Sequence record: OP729297.1
Strand: one strand, 5' to 3'
Length of the DNA: 64,000 nt
Below the pieces are notes generated by a model, which ran no database searches, was not told the DNA's origin, and saw nothing but the letters and a program-made list of their open reading frames with translations. Positions within the stretch are counted from its first letter, which is position 1. The number at the start of each line of letters is the position of its first letter. Both the position numbers and the translations under genes were made by a program. Positions 42,598 to 52,247 of the stretch are shown piece by piece.

Positions 42598-43686
42598 ATG
42601 GACTCTGTAGTGATGAAAAAGAAAAAAGTATCTGAGATGTTAGAGGCTCTTGTCACATCTGACTGGCACTTCGAAGGGCTTGCTAATCATTTCCCTACTG
42701 ACCACGTTGACCGTCAACTCGAAACGATCGACCGTATCTATCAGTATGCAATCGAGCACGGCATTCGTCACATCTTCGTTCCTGGGGATATCACTGATAA
42801 GTTTAAGATGGACGACGAGACTAAGCGCAAGCTGCTCCAGTTCTTCTTGAAGTACGAAGGGATTATTGATACGTGGTATAGCGGTGGCAACCATGACTGG
42901 GCAGATATGTCGAACACCAGCATGGACTTGATTAAGACGTTCTGTGAGTGGGACTTCTTAAAGTCACTGCACATCTACCTGCGTCCTGAACAGGTAGAGA
43001 TTGATGGTGTGATCGTTAACTTCCTGCCGCACCCTGCGAAAGAAAGTATCAGACACAAGAAGCCGTGCCTGAACTTCTGTCACGTTGAAGCAGTTGGTGC
43101 TCTCGGTGATAACGGTCGTCCGCTTAAAGCGAAGCACGATATCAAGGTTGACCCTCGTGACTATACGATAAGCGGACACATCCATCTTGCTCAGGTGCTT
43201 GAGAAGAAGCGCTTCGAGTATTGTGGTTCACCGTATCAGAAAACATTTGGGGAAGCGTTGCCGAAGGGATTCATCCACATTCGCGCCAAATATAAAAAAG
43301 GTGAGCTGGTGGTTCAACGGAAGTTCGTTGACAGTAAGCCTGGGTTTAGATTGGAAACAGTTGCAATTGAAAATCAGAAAGACTGGTCACGTCTGGAAGT
43401 AAACCCTGCGATTCGCTACCGACTCATTGTTAAAGATACGGTGTCAATCCCAGCAGATATTCGTACACGCGTCCCAAATATTTCCCAAATAAATTCCACG
43501 AATAAACGTGTCGATCTCGATAATATAGATACAGTTGATGTTAGCGAGCTGGCGCTTGCGGATATTGACCCACGTGATGGCCTAAAGGATTACCTGAAGG
43601 CTTCGGGAATTAAAAAGTCTTTGCGGGTTCGTGCTCGCAAGGAACTTGACGCGGTGTTATCTGAAATAGGGTATGCTGCTATGTAA
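42598..43686 (+). CDS. SbcD/Mre11/T4 gp47-like metallophosphoesterase nuclease
   Basis: SDWH, PGDITD, GGNHD, GHIH, YCGSP; start 42598 or 42613. Confidence 0.9.
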   Translation: MDSVVMKKKKVSEMLEALVTSDWHFEGLANHFPTDHVDRQLETIDRIYQYAIEHGIRHIFVPGDITDKFKMDDETKRKLLQFFLKYEGIIDTWYSGGNHDWADMSNTSMDLIKTFCEWDFLKSLHIYLRPEQVEIDGVIVNFLPHPAKESIRHKKPCLNFCHVEAVGALGDNGRPLKAKHDIKVDPRDYTISGHIHLAQVLEKKRFEYCGSPYQKTFGEALPKGFIHIRAKYKKGELVVQRKFVDSKPGFRLETVAIENQKDWSRLEVNPAIRYRLIVKDTVSIPADIRTRVPNISQINSTNKRVDLDNIDTVDVSELALADIDPRDGLKDYLKASGIKKSLRVRARKELDAVLSEIGYAAM

Positions 43687-43729
43687 AAAAGATTTAGGAA
43701 ATTTCCTGAGAAAACTTTCAGGGATTATA

Positions 43730-43736
43730 CTAATTT
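43730..43736 (+). promoter_or_regulatory. class B promoter motif CTAATTT
   Basis: Upstream of the histone-like gene. Confidence 0.55.
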
Positions 43737-43804
43737 TTACATGCTGATTTCAAAAACTTAATGTCCTAAGGACGAAAGTTCAATTGTAACTTGAGGAAAT
43801 AACC

Positions 43805-44467
43805 ATGGCCGTAAAACGCAAACTGAAAAGCACCAAAGATCCTAAGATGACCAAAAAAGCTGGCGCTGCCAAGGCTACTAAGCCTAAGGCGAAAAAAGCT
43901 AAAGCTGCACCTGCGGCTAAAGCTCCAAAGGCTACCAAAGCTGCTAAGCCAAAAGCTGCCAAAGCGAAAAAGCCGGCGCGTACCGCTTCTGAGAAAAAGT
44001 TCGACAACGAACGTGCTACTCACCTGCGTAAGCAGGCTAAGAAAGCAAAAGGTAAAAGCATCGAGCAACGCCTGAAAGAGCGTCTGGCTAAATACCAGGC
44101 TGGCCTGAAAGCGACTGCCGTTTCTCAGGGCAAAGTTCGTAAGCTGCTGCTGAAACGTCAGACCATCGCTCTGGGTAACCTGAAAGCGAAACAGAAAGCT
44201 GGTTATCGTAACCTGATCGCCAAGCAGAAAGCTCGTCTGGCCGCGCGCAAAGCTCGCAAGCCGATGATCAAAGACGGCAAGCTGGTCACTCCGAAAGTAG
44301 CTCCGAAAGCGGTTACCCTGGTTAAGCCTAAGCTGAAACCACTGCCGCGCCTGAAAAAAGGTAAAGAGACTACCCAGAAAGCTGTGAAGCACACTGGTAC
44401 CGCAGCGCAGAAAGCTGGCGCTAAGAAAGCGGCAAAGACCAAAGCAAAAGGTAAAGTAACTGTTTAA
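43805..44467 (+). CDS. histone H1-like Lys/Ala-rich DNA-binding protein (220 aa)
   Basis: KAKKAKAAPAAKAPKA-type repeats, very few acidic residues; GAGGA RBS; own promoter motif and terminator. Confidence 0.8.
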   Translation: MAVKRKLKSTKDPKMTKKAGAAKATKPKAKKAKAAPAAKAPKATKAAKPKAAKAKKPARTASEKKFDNERATHLRKQAKKAKGKSIEQRLKERLAKYQAGLKATAVSQGKVRKLLLKRQTIALGNLKAKQKAGYRNLIAKQKARLAARKARKPMIKDGKLVTPKVAPKAVTLVKPKLKPLPRLKKGKETTQKAVKHTGTAAQKAGAKKAAKTKAKGKVTV

Positions 44468-44497
44468 TCGGCCTGGTCGATAGACATTACTACAAAC

Positions 44498-44527
44498 AAA
44501 AAGGGGTGGCTTCGGCTGCCCCTTTTT
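44498..44527 (+). terminator. intrinsic terminator (UUCG loop)
   Basis: AAAAAGGGGTGGC-TTCG-GCTGCCCCTTTTT. Confidence 0.85.
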
Positions 44528-44539
44528 GTATTTCTGTCA

Positions 44540-44546
44540 CTAATTT
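44540..44546 (+). promoter_or_regulatory. class B promoter motif CTAATTT
   Basis: Upstream of the MEIQVSLS gene. Confidence 0.55.
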
Positions 44547-44576
44547 TTCTTCAATATCCGAACACTGGGGAAAATC

Positions 44577-46484
44577 ATGGAAATACAGGTTAGCTTGTCT
44601 GCCCTGGCTCCTTCACAATATCGACCGTACTTGAAGAACTGGACGCCAAACAAAGCGCTCTTAAAAATCTTCGAGCGCATAAGCGGTAAGACCGGCCGCA
44701 AGGCAATGCGCATTTATTTCGATATCGGCCATAACGTCATTAAGAACGCCGATGTGTTGTCCACTGCACCGCAGCCTATCAACGATTTTCTTGCCGAAAA
44801 GAAAATCACTGTACTGGATTATTTTGCAGGTATCGGTCGTGATTCTCACGGGCGTACTGTGCGTTTAGGTAAAGCTCTTGCCAAAGAAGCCGAACTCAAG
44901 AAGATGTTCGACTCTGACCCTAATCGTAAAGTTGTAGCGCAAGAAGGTAAGAGTGGTCGCATGGTGTGTCTGTCAATGCACCCATACGATATTGCAGGCA
45001 TGTCTACTGACCGTGGTTGGGTGAGCTGTATGAACCTGGTCAACGGCACGAACAAACACTACATCAAATCAGAAGTGAAGACAGGCACTTTAATAGCATA
45101 TCTTATTGACGCTAACGACAAGAATATCAACAAGCCTGTTGCTCGCTGCCTGTTGAAACCTTTCTTTGACGTCGATGCTGTTAGGCCGAGTGTTGGCAAG
45201 AAAGGCGTTACTGTCGTATATCTTGCAGACCGTGCGTACCCAGATAAGAACGCCACGTTTGTAATGCAGGTTCAGGACTGGGTTGACCAGAATATCAATA
45301 AAGACCTTGCTGCCGGTAAAACTACGTTAAGTCTCGCGCTGCCTGACAAGTTGTATGACGATATGCAGCGTGGCATGTTTAAGTATGATGCATCTAAGAC
45401 TGCCGCTGAAAACAACGAGGCGTCCTACGCAGAACTGCGTATGCGTCAAGAAGTGCGTAATGATCCTGATGGCTATTTGTCGAAGATTACTGCTACGGAA
45501 TATACGGACCGACTCGGCAACAATATCGCTAACATGTCGAAAGAGTTCTTCTCGTTTGTGCGTAAAGTCCTCGCTTCTGGTTGGGGCGGCGATGACCTGC
45601 TGTCTAAGGTCACCAAAGCAGTTGCACATATGGAGGCTTTTGAAAGCCCTAGTGTGTACTCTCAGATCAAGAAAGCCTATCTCGACTACGCCTCTAACAA
45701 TCTGTCAGATAGTCAGTTGCTGGAGCAGGCCGAGCTGGTGGGCTTCAACCCAGGCCTAGCTATACCTCTTCTTGGTTTTGTCGAGAGTGAGGATGAGAGC
45801 ATGACTGACCGCGTTACTCAATCCCTTGATACGATTGCCCTGTATTCTAAAAAGGATGGAAGTGAGGGTGGATATCCTGACGCACTGCGTGAGATTTGGG
45901 ATAAGGCAAAATATTTTTCAGATTCTGATGGTGTGTTCTGGCGACAGGCTTCGTATGTAGGTTTCAATGGCGGTACCGTAGAGTCGGTACTTGAGGACAT
46001 GAATAGCCGCTACAGCAAAGAAAATCTTGTGGCCGCGCTTGTGTCTCTGTACTTCGCTGTTCGAGACAAAGATAAAATTGAAGCATTGACAGCCAAATCG
46101 TTAAAGGCCTGTGATGATGTTGTTCGCCCTGATTACACTGAATATGCACTGCCTATATTTGACGGCCTGACTCCTATTAAGATTCATCTAGGCATGCGCC
46201 TGACAAACAGAATAGTGGCTGATACTCATGGCTTCGACAAGAAGACATTCAGAAAAGTGAATGCTAACAGATTCCAAATGGAGAAAGGCATCACTGCCTC
46301 GGATGTAATTAACTCCAACGTTATTGCTGATGTAGGCTTGACGTTTGTGGACAAGATCGCTGACTCGTCTGGTTTCGTTGCGTTTTACGTCAAAGACCAG
46401 CTTGACGCAGAGGCATATTCCGCGGCAATTAATGCTATTGAGAAAGCTATTGTTCTCAACTATCTCGATCACGCAACCAATTAA
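44577..46484 (+). CDS. hypothetical protein with MEIQVSLS leader (635 aa)
   Basis: HPYDIAGMSTDRGWVSCMNL..GTLIAYL block recalled from large-phage hypothetical proteins. Confidence 0.85.
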   Translation: MEIQVSLSALAPSQYRPYLKNWTPNKALLKIFERISGKTGRKAMRIYFDIGHNVIKNADVLSTAPQPINDFLAEKKITVLDYFAGIGRDSHGRTVRLGKALAKEAELKKMFDSDPNRKVVAQEGKSGRMVCLSMHPYDIAGMSTDRGWVSCMNLVNGTNKHYIKSEVKTGTLIAYLIDANDKNINKPVARCLLKPFFDVDAVRPSVGKKGVTVVYLADRAYPDKNATFVMQVQDWVDQNINKDLAAGKTTLSLALPDKLYDDMQRGMFKYDASKTAAENNEASYAELRMRQEVRNDPDGYLSKITATEYTDRLGNNIANMSKEFFSFVRKVLASGWGGDDLLSKVTKAVAHMEAFESPSVYSQIKKAYLDYASNNLSDSQLLEQAELVGFNPGLAIPLLGFVESEDESMTDRVTQSLDTIALYSKKDGSEGGYPDALREIWDKAKYFSDSDGVFWRQASYVGFNGGTVESVLEDMNSRYSKENLVAALVSLYFAVRDKDKIEALTAKSLKACDDVVRPDYTEYALPIFDGLTPIKIHLGMRLTNRIVADTHGFDKKTFRKVNANRFQMEKGITASDVINSNVIADVGLTFVDKIADSSGFVAFYVKDQLDAEAYSAAINAIEKAIVLNYLDHATN

Positions 46485-46523
46485 ATGTAAAGCAATCATG
46501 TAGGGTAAAACAGGCCTTAGTCG

Positions 46524-46530
46524 CTAATTT
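46524..46530 (+). promoter_or_regulatory. class B promoter motif CTAATTT
   Basis: Upstream of 46569. Confidence 0.55.
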
Positions 46531-46568
46531 TTACTCGATATGATTACTAGACCCAGTAGAGGATGATC

Positions 46569-47852
46569 ATGGCTAAGACTGCCAAAAACAATGAAGTTAG
46601 CAGTATCAGCGCATCTGTTGACTATAGCTCTGGGAATATGACTGCATTACGTGGTGCGCGTACAGCGAAAGAGTTCCGTAACGTACTCGATAAAGTTATC
46701 GCTAACGCCACCTCAGTAGTCATCCCACAGAAACTCCTGTCCGTCAGCGCTAAAGCCATCGAACTGTCTGATATCGAAGGCTCAATCAAAGGCAAACAGG
46801 CCAAGGCTATCGACCTTAACCAAGTTATCGATCTGACCAAGATTGATATCTCTGATGTTAAGAGCAAAGCTCAATACAACCAACAGGTAAGCCAACTGTC
46901 TCAGGCGATTGGTGAACTGTCGGTCGCGTACCAGATTCTGAACAGTAAGACTTTCAGCGCATTCAAAGATCAGAACGCAGCCGCTAAGTCTCTGCTGAAC
47001 GTTATCACTCAGGCGAAAGACCAGCAGCAAAAACTGGTTAAGCTCATGAGCATCGACGTTAAAAACGGCGCGCCTAAAGAGCATACCAAGCTGGCTGCAA
47101 CCATCGCCAACTACCTGTCGAAGATTCTGAATAAAGAAGACTATTCGAAGATTCGTACTCGTACTTTCATCGCGTCTGGTACTGACCCAATCTGTTTCCA
47201 GACCTACGTGTTCATTGATAACTTCGTGAACTCCGATGGCATGCACTACCCGAACTATGCTCTGGTACTGTCTACCACAATCGCAGTAGCAAGCGGTATC
47301 AGCGAAAACTTCCTGACGTCACTCGTTGACGAGAAAGTTCCTGGCTCGTTCCCTATGGGACGTCAGATCGCTACCGCTCCTGAGATGAAGCGTACTATCA
47401 ACCATCTGATGGCTCTCGACGGATTCTTGAACTACAGCGAGCGTAAGCCTATCAACCGTTCTACGCAGAACCTGCGTGACACCACCATGCTGGGTAATCA
47501 GCAACACACCATTCGTGGTCGTAAGAAAGAAATCTTCGACAACGTTCGTGTGCAGAACGATAGCCTGTATGTGCGTCTGGTTCCTGGTCTTAGCCCGACC
47601 GAGAAGAAAGAAGCTGTCACAGAGATTCTGGGCATGGCGTCTACTGCGCTTCGTGCTGGCCGCGGTGGTAAGAACAGCATCGTTCACCAGATGGTCAATG
47701 GCCGTAACGGCCGTGAGTTCGTTAAGATCTCTCTGACTGGTTCTGGCGGTACTGCGAAAGGCGTTCTGACCCTGCGTAAGATTGATGAAATCGCCGACGT
47801 TATGGGTCTGAACCCACAACAGAAACGTCTGCTGAAACAATCGGTCAAGTAA
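46569..47852 (+). CDS. probable virion structural protein (427 aa)
   Basis: GAGGA RBS favours ATG 46569; class B motif; SSISA and LSVSA motifs. Confidence 0.75.
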   Translation: MAKTAKNNEVSSISASVDYSSGNMTALRGARTAKEFRNVLDKVIANATSVVIPQKLLSVSAKAIELSDIEGSIKGKQAKAIDLNQVIDLTKIDISDVKSKAQYNQQVSQLSQAIGELSVAYQILNSKTFSAFKDQNAAAKSLLNVITQAKDQQQKLVKLMSIDVKNGAPKEHTKLAATIANYLSKILNKEDYSKIRTRTFIASGTDPICFQTYVFIDNFVNSDGMHYPNYALVLSTTIAVASGISENFLTSLVDEKVPGSFPMGRQIATAPEMKRTINHLMALDGFLNYSERKPINRSTQNLRDTTMLGNQQHTIRGRKKEIFDNVRVQNDSLYVRLVPGLSPTEKKEAVTEILGMASTALRAGRGGKNSIVHQMVNGRNGREFVKISLTGSGGTAKGVLTLRKIDEIADVMGLNPQQKRLLKQSVK

Positions 47853-48958
47853 TGGCGTTAACGCATTTCAAGGTAGATCGCACGTTCAAGGAGAATACGT
47901 ATAGCGGGCAGTATCGTCCGCAACAAATGCGTAGCGCAACTCCTTACGTGCTTGATACTATCATTCGTCAAGTCCTCGCCTATTTGATTGAAGCTCAGAT
48001 GCCTTTCACCAAGTCGCTGAACTTCACTCTGGTGAACGTGTACTCGACGGATAACGATATGTCGATGGGTTACTCGAATCGTCCTGATGATTCAGTGATC
48101 ATGATTGACAGCGGTATCTGCTTCACGTTCTGCCTGAAACCTCGCGCTAACCGTATTCTCCCGCAGCCGATGACTCAACTTGGCCGCGGGCGTTACTGGC
48201 GCTTGTGGGGCGTTGACAATAACAACGAATACATCACTATTGGTCTTCCACGTTCGGTCATCTTTGGTCTGAACGGCAATGGTGTTGAGATGCTGAATGT
48301 GGTGTACAACACTATCGGTGCTGTCACGCGCAACTACGTCCAGCTGGTATCGAGTTCGAACCTTGCTCCTTCGCAGAGCGCTCGCGATCTTGCATCGCAG
48401 GCGAACCAAGTGAAAGACCTGACTGTATCGAACCTGATGCGCACAGTGCCTTACGATGAATGGCACTTCAATATCAACATCTGGAAAGACTACTCGGAGA
48501 TGCTTATCCCCGACGTGATGCGTAAAGACTTTCCGCTTTACTTCTGTATTTTCATCCTGCCTGGCTTGTATCTGCCTAACGTAGGTAAAGCTGGTACGGA
48601 GTTCATCGAGAAGACTGTGGTTGACTTTGTTGCGAAAGGCCTGATGAAGATTGCTGCTTCTCTGGCTTCGCCGATTGTTGATCAGAGTCCTGAGTTGCTT
48701 GCTGCACTCTATCTCCTTCTGACTCCTACGCAGGACACGAGCGATATGGAAGCGAGTAACGTGGAACGAACGAACTTCGTGCGTAGCTACTTCTACAACC
48801 TGAGCCAGAACATGCAAAACGTTCCTGAGTATCAGGCTAAGGTAGTGCGTACTGCGAACTCCAACCACGTTGCAATGGCGAGAGCGCTAATCGAAGGTGG
48901 GTATAATGACCAGCTACGCAATTTGATTGAGTACCTGGGACTCACTAAGGCAGACTGA
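47852..48958 (+). CDS. probable virion protein (368 aa)
   Basis: TAATG coupled, in the putative late operon. Confidence 0.75.
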   Translation: MALTHFKVDRTFKENTYSGQYRPQQMRSATPYVLDTIIRQVLAYLIEAQMPFTKSLNFTLVNVYSTDNDMSMGYSNRPDDSVIMIDSGICFTFCLKPRANRILPQPMTQLGRGRYWRLWGVDNNNEYITIGLPRSVIFGLNGNGVEMLNVVYNTIGAVTRNYVQLVSSSNLAPSQSARDLASQANQVKDLTVSNLMRTVPYDEWHFNINIWKDYSEMLIPDVMRKDFPLYFCIFILPGLYLPNVGKAGTEFIEKTVVDFVAKGLMKIAASLASPIVDQSPELLAALYLLLTPTQDTSDMEASNVERTNFVRSYFYNLSQNMQNVPEYQAKVVRTANSNHVAMARALIEGGYNDQLRNLIEYLGLTKAD

Positions 48959-48959
48959 T

Positions 48960-50123
48960 ATGCGCACAACAGAAGGTAACGTACTGGTCCTCGAGGAAAG
49001 TTTCTTCGACGATCTAGACCAGCCTGTTTATCCACAGTCAGATGATATGGGGCCTGTAGTAAGCCTCATTGACCCTGACGATAAATCGGTGCTGGCTCAA
49101 GTGGTCGCAACGCCGGGAGAAGTGCCTGGCTACTGGACTGCTGATGTTGCGATTCCTAACATGGGGCTGGTGGACGATAAACGTCTGACAGTCAAATGGC
49201 GCTATGATTCCGAAGAAGGGATCATGCAGTCGAGTCAGGAACTCATTGTTGAGCCACTGACTGAGAACCGTGTTACGGATATCGTTACGCTTTTTGGTGA
49301 TAACGAAACGTTTGAGATGACGTTGCCGTTTCACTTCGATACGCGTGGCGATAAGCTGAAATTCCAGCTCGCGTTAAACAACCAAATCGTTGCATCTGAT
49401 ATCGACTCCGGCGATGCAGGTGTGAAGATGATTGTGAACCGCGCCAAGACCTGCGTGTTTCAGGTGCCTGTGTGGGTTGCTACTCGTCGCTTAGAGCCGA
49501 TTAGTTTAATCGCGCAGTACACTTCTGCCTCACGCAAGACAACCAAGATGCTGACGTATAAGCTGTGGGCAGTAACGCCGCAGATTCTTATTGCAGCGTC
49601 GATGGTAGAAGACCACATCAACAAAGCGCGTCAGTACAACGTTATTCCTGAACTGGAATATACGCAAGCTGACCTGATTGGTTATCTGTATCGTGGTCTG
49701 GCGTTGTTCAACATGATTGGCCCGCGTGTTACTGGTTTCAACGGTACGAACATGCAAGGCACAATCCTTGACGGCTGGATTACCTGTAGTTGTTACTATG
49801 CGCTCGCTGCTCAGTTACAGGCAGAAGGGCAAATGGCTTTCGACTTCACAGGGCAGGTCGTTAACTTAAACATGGACCGCACACCTTCGATTGAGGCTGC
49901 TCTCGGTAGACTCGAAACGCAGATTCAAGGTCCTGTTACGAACTTGAAGAACAAACTGTCTAAGGCCGGAATCAACGACGGTGATGGTTCTCAGGGTTCT
50001 GGTGCGATTGACGGTGCTCGCGCACTTGGCAAGCTCGGCATCACAAACAGCCCAACCACCAAATGGGCTACTGTTGGTAACCGCAGTATCTGGGTCAATG
50101 CGCGATATCGCGTAACAGGCTAA
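48960..50123 (+). CDS. probable head-tail adaptor/neck protein (387 aa)
   Basis: C-terminal LALFNMIGP..YALAAQLQAEG..FDFTGQ..LNMDRT resembles jumbo-phage adaptor proteins (recall only); start moved to ATG 48960. Confidence 0.5.
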   Translation: MRTTEGNVLVLEESFFDDLDQPVYPQSDDMGPVVSLIDPDDKSVLAQVVATPGEVPGYWTADVAIPNMGLVDDKRLTVKWRYDSEEGIMQSSQELIVEPLTENRVTDIVTLFGDNETFEMTLPFHFDTRGDKLKFQLALNNQIVASDIDSGDAGVKMIVNRAKTCVFQVPVWVATRRLEPISLIAQYTSASRKTTKMLTYKLWAVTPQILIAASMVEDHINKARQYNVIPELEYTQADLIGYLYRGLALFNMIGPRVTGFNGTNMQGTILDGWITCSCYYALAAQLQAEGQMAFDFTGQVVNLNMDRTPSIEAALGRLETQIQGPVTNLKNKLSKAGINDGDGSQGSGAIDGARALGKLGITNSPTTKWATVGNRSIWVNARYRVTG

Positions 50124-50134
50124 CCCTAAGTTTA

Positions 50135-50141
50135 CTAATTT
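50135..50141 (+). promoter_or_regulatory. class B promoter motif CTAATTT
   Basis: Upstream of 50170. Confidence 0.55.
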
Positions 50142-50169
50142 CAATTGTCGAAACATTCAGGAGATGACA

Positions 50170-50970
50170 ATGAAGGCTTTCATCAAACAGATTGACCAGC
50201 TCAACGACAACCAGAGCGTGGCCATCGTGCAAGTGACTCACAACGTCGGCGAAAACATTGCTGACAACTTCGGTGCTGTAGTCAGTGCTTCCTGCAATCG
50301 TGAATATATGCCGGTCGCTGGTGCAACTACTGTGATTGAGCCAGGCAAAACCACCAGCTTCGTCCGCACCATTCTGAACCGTATGCAGGATGTTATTCCT
50401 GTGTCTCAGATGGGCGACGAGTTCCAGGCACTGTCTAAAAACATGTACATGGACAAGTCCGAGCGCATGTGGGCAGTACGCCGTAGCGAAAGCGGTGAAG
50501 ACGTGCTGGTACGCGAGAGCGATGCCAATGACAACTCTGAACTGATCGATATGATTCGTTCTGTGTCTGGTGCTGCTAACATTAACCTGGCTTCGTCTAT
50601 GCCTACTCTGGCGCAGGCGATTGCTCGTCACAACCTGGTGCTGGCTGGCGCTGTCGGTGGTGACATGGTTAGCTTCGTGTCTAACTCTGGCGATCTGAAA
50701 GTTGGTTTCGTTGCTGCTAACGTTACCGATGACAACACCTTCCTCGTTGTTGACACTCAGGGCAACGAAGAACAGATCAGCTCCATGAGCATGGTCGCTG
50801 TGCTGTCTGGCGACGAGCTGGACGAGAAACACTTCCCACAGGTTGATAGCGTGTCTGCTGCCGCTGGCGTTGACGTGCCGAAACTGTTGAGCTACTATGC
50901 TCAGGTGTTCCGTTACAGCCCTGACTACTACGCTAAGATCGAAGGTATCATCAAAGGTCACAGCTTCTAA
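50170..50970 (+). CDS. probable virion structural protein (266 aa)
   Basis: CAGGAG RBS; own class B motif and terminator; internal SVSG and SVSA motifs. Confidence 0.75.
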   Translation: MKAFIKQIDQLNDNQSVAIVQVTHNVGENIADNFGAVVSASCNREYMPVAGATTVIEPGKTTSFVRTILNRMQDVIPVSQMGDEFQALSKNMYMDKSERMWAVRRSESGEDVLVRESDANDNSELIDMIRSVSGAANINLASSMPTLAQAIARHNLVLAGAVGGDMVSFVSNSGDLKVGFVAANVTDDNTFLVVDTQGNEEQISSMSMVAVLSGDELDEKHFPQVDSVSAAAGVDVPKLLSYYAQVFRYSPDYYAKIEGIIKGHSF

Positions 50971-50979
50971 ACAAACCCT

Positions 50980-51007
50980 AAAGGGAGCCTCACGGGGTTC
51001 CCTTTTT
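50980..51007 (+). terminator. intrinsic terminator
   Basis: AAAGGGAGCCT-CACG-GGGTTCCCTTTTT. Confidence 0.8.
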
Positions 51008-51029
51008 CGTTTCCACTGAGGATTTCAAC

Positions 51030-51848
51030 ATGGCGGCCATAAGCTTGGATGACATTGGCTCTTTCGCACAATCTGCAAAGACAGGCAAAAAGAGCAAAGC
51101 GAAAGTTAAAGCTAAGACCACCGTCAAGAAAGCTAAGACAGTTAGCAAAGGCGTAAAGGTCAAAAAGAAAAAGAAGTCCGACCCATCGAAAGACGTGCTG
51201 CCTAAGCATATTGATCCCGATGACTTCTATTCGGATATTGCAGCATCTCAAAAGGCAATGCAGTCTCTTGAAGAACCTAAGCCTAAAAAGGTGAAGAAGA
51301 AAGAGAATGCAGTCGAAGCAATCAAAAAGAAAAAGAAGAAGAAAGAGAAAAAGAGTTTGAGCACTGACGTGGCTGCGCTTGAGGGACAATTCCTTGAGGC
51401 TATGGCAGAAGTGCCTGATGTTATTCGGCAGGAGAACGATCAGATTGCCGAATACATGACGATGTTCAAGCAGTGTCAGTCAATGGCCCGTATCTGCGAG
51501 GGACAATATAAGAAGTCCAAACAGAGCCGTGATATTTATGCGCTCATGCAACTGTATAACCAGATGCGTGAGATTATCGCTGACCTACGTGCGCTGCGTG
51601 ACGTGTCGCAACTGGCAGAGATTCTCAACGCAGAGGTCATGGGGCCTTTCGCGGAATCTGCTGGTACTATTCTGGTTGGTGTGTTCCACCAGATTAACGC
51701 ATGGAATAAAAAGAACCTGCCTGTCGAAATGATTGCTGGTGCCAATAATCAGACTGAGACAATCATTCGTAATGCTGCGAAAGATATCGAGCAAGCCTAC
51801 CAGGCGGGCCTATCGAAGACAGTTCAGATCTTTAGTGCGAGCGCCTAA
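51030..51848 (+). CDS. hypothetical protein, Lys-rich N-half and helical C-half (272 aa)
   Basis: GAGGA RBS; poly-Lys tracts. Confidence 0.8.
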   Translation: MAAISLDDIGSFAQSAKTGKKSKAKVKAKTTVKKAKTVSKGVKVKKKKKSDPSKDVLPKHIDPDDFYSDIAASQKAMQSLEEPKPKKVKKKENAVEAIKKKKKKKEKKSLSTDVAALEGQFLEAMAEVPDVIRQENDQIAEYMTMFKQCQSMARICEGQYKKSKQSRDIYALMQLYNQMREIIADLRALRDVSQLAEILNAEVMGPFAESAGTILVGVFHQINAWNKKNLPVEMIAGANNQTETIIRNAAKDIEQAYQAGLSKTVQIFSASA

Positions 51849-51850
51849 GT

Positions 51851-51859
51851 CTGTAAATA
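51851..51859 (+). promoter_or_regulatory. class A promoter motif CTGTAAATA
   Basis: Upstream of the HNH gene. Confidence 0.6.
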
Positions 51860-51881
51860 GAACTGTATTTAGGAGATCAAT

Positions 51882-52247
51882 ATGGCATACAGACCGAAGG
51901 GTGGTATTGCAGCAAGAACGATGGGTGGCCGAGGCAGAAGCATGTCAACCTCTCAACGCCTTGCTGGTGTTACTGGATTCGAACGTGCTCGCGCTGGTAC
52001 TCACGTTCGTATGGACCGAGGTGATTGGACTCGCCTCAAAATGAGCATCATTGATGAACGTGGCAATCAGTGTGAACGCTGTGGTAAGCCCACCAGTCAA
52101 CTCATTCTCAACCACAAAGTTGGCCATGCTCAGGGCGGTTCGAATATGAAGCATAACCTCGAACTCCTTTGCTATGACTGCGACAATAATCAGATCGGCA
52201 GTAACAACCGACGTGGTTCGAGACTGCTGCATGGAGGTAGACGGTGA
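51882..52247 (+). CDS. HNH-family nuclease (121 aa)
   Basis: CERC..LNHKVG..GGSN..NLELLCYDC. Confidence 0.8.
   Translation: MAYRPKGGIAARTMGGRGRSMSTSQRLAGVTGFERARAGTHVRMDRGDWTRLKMSIIDERGNQCERCGKPTSQLILNHKVGHAQGGSNMKHNLELLCYDCDNNQIGSNNRRGSRLLHGGRR

Noticed and set aside
51030-52247. Terminase small subunit plus packaging HNH assignment
   Set aside because: Plausible by size and helical content, but no diagnostic motif and no large terminase in the window; left as hypothetical
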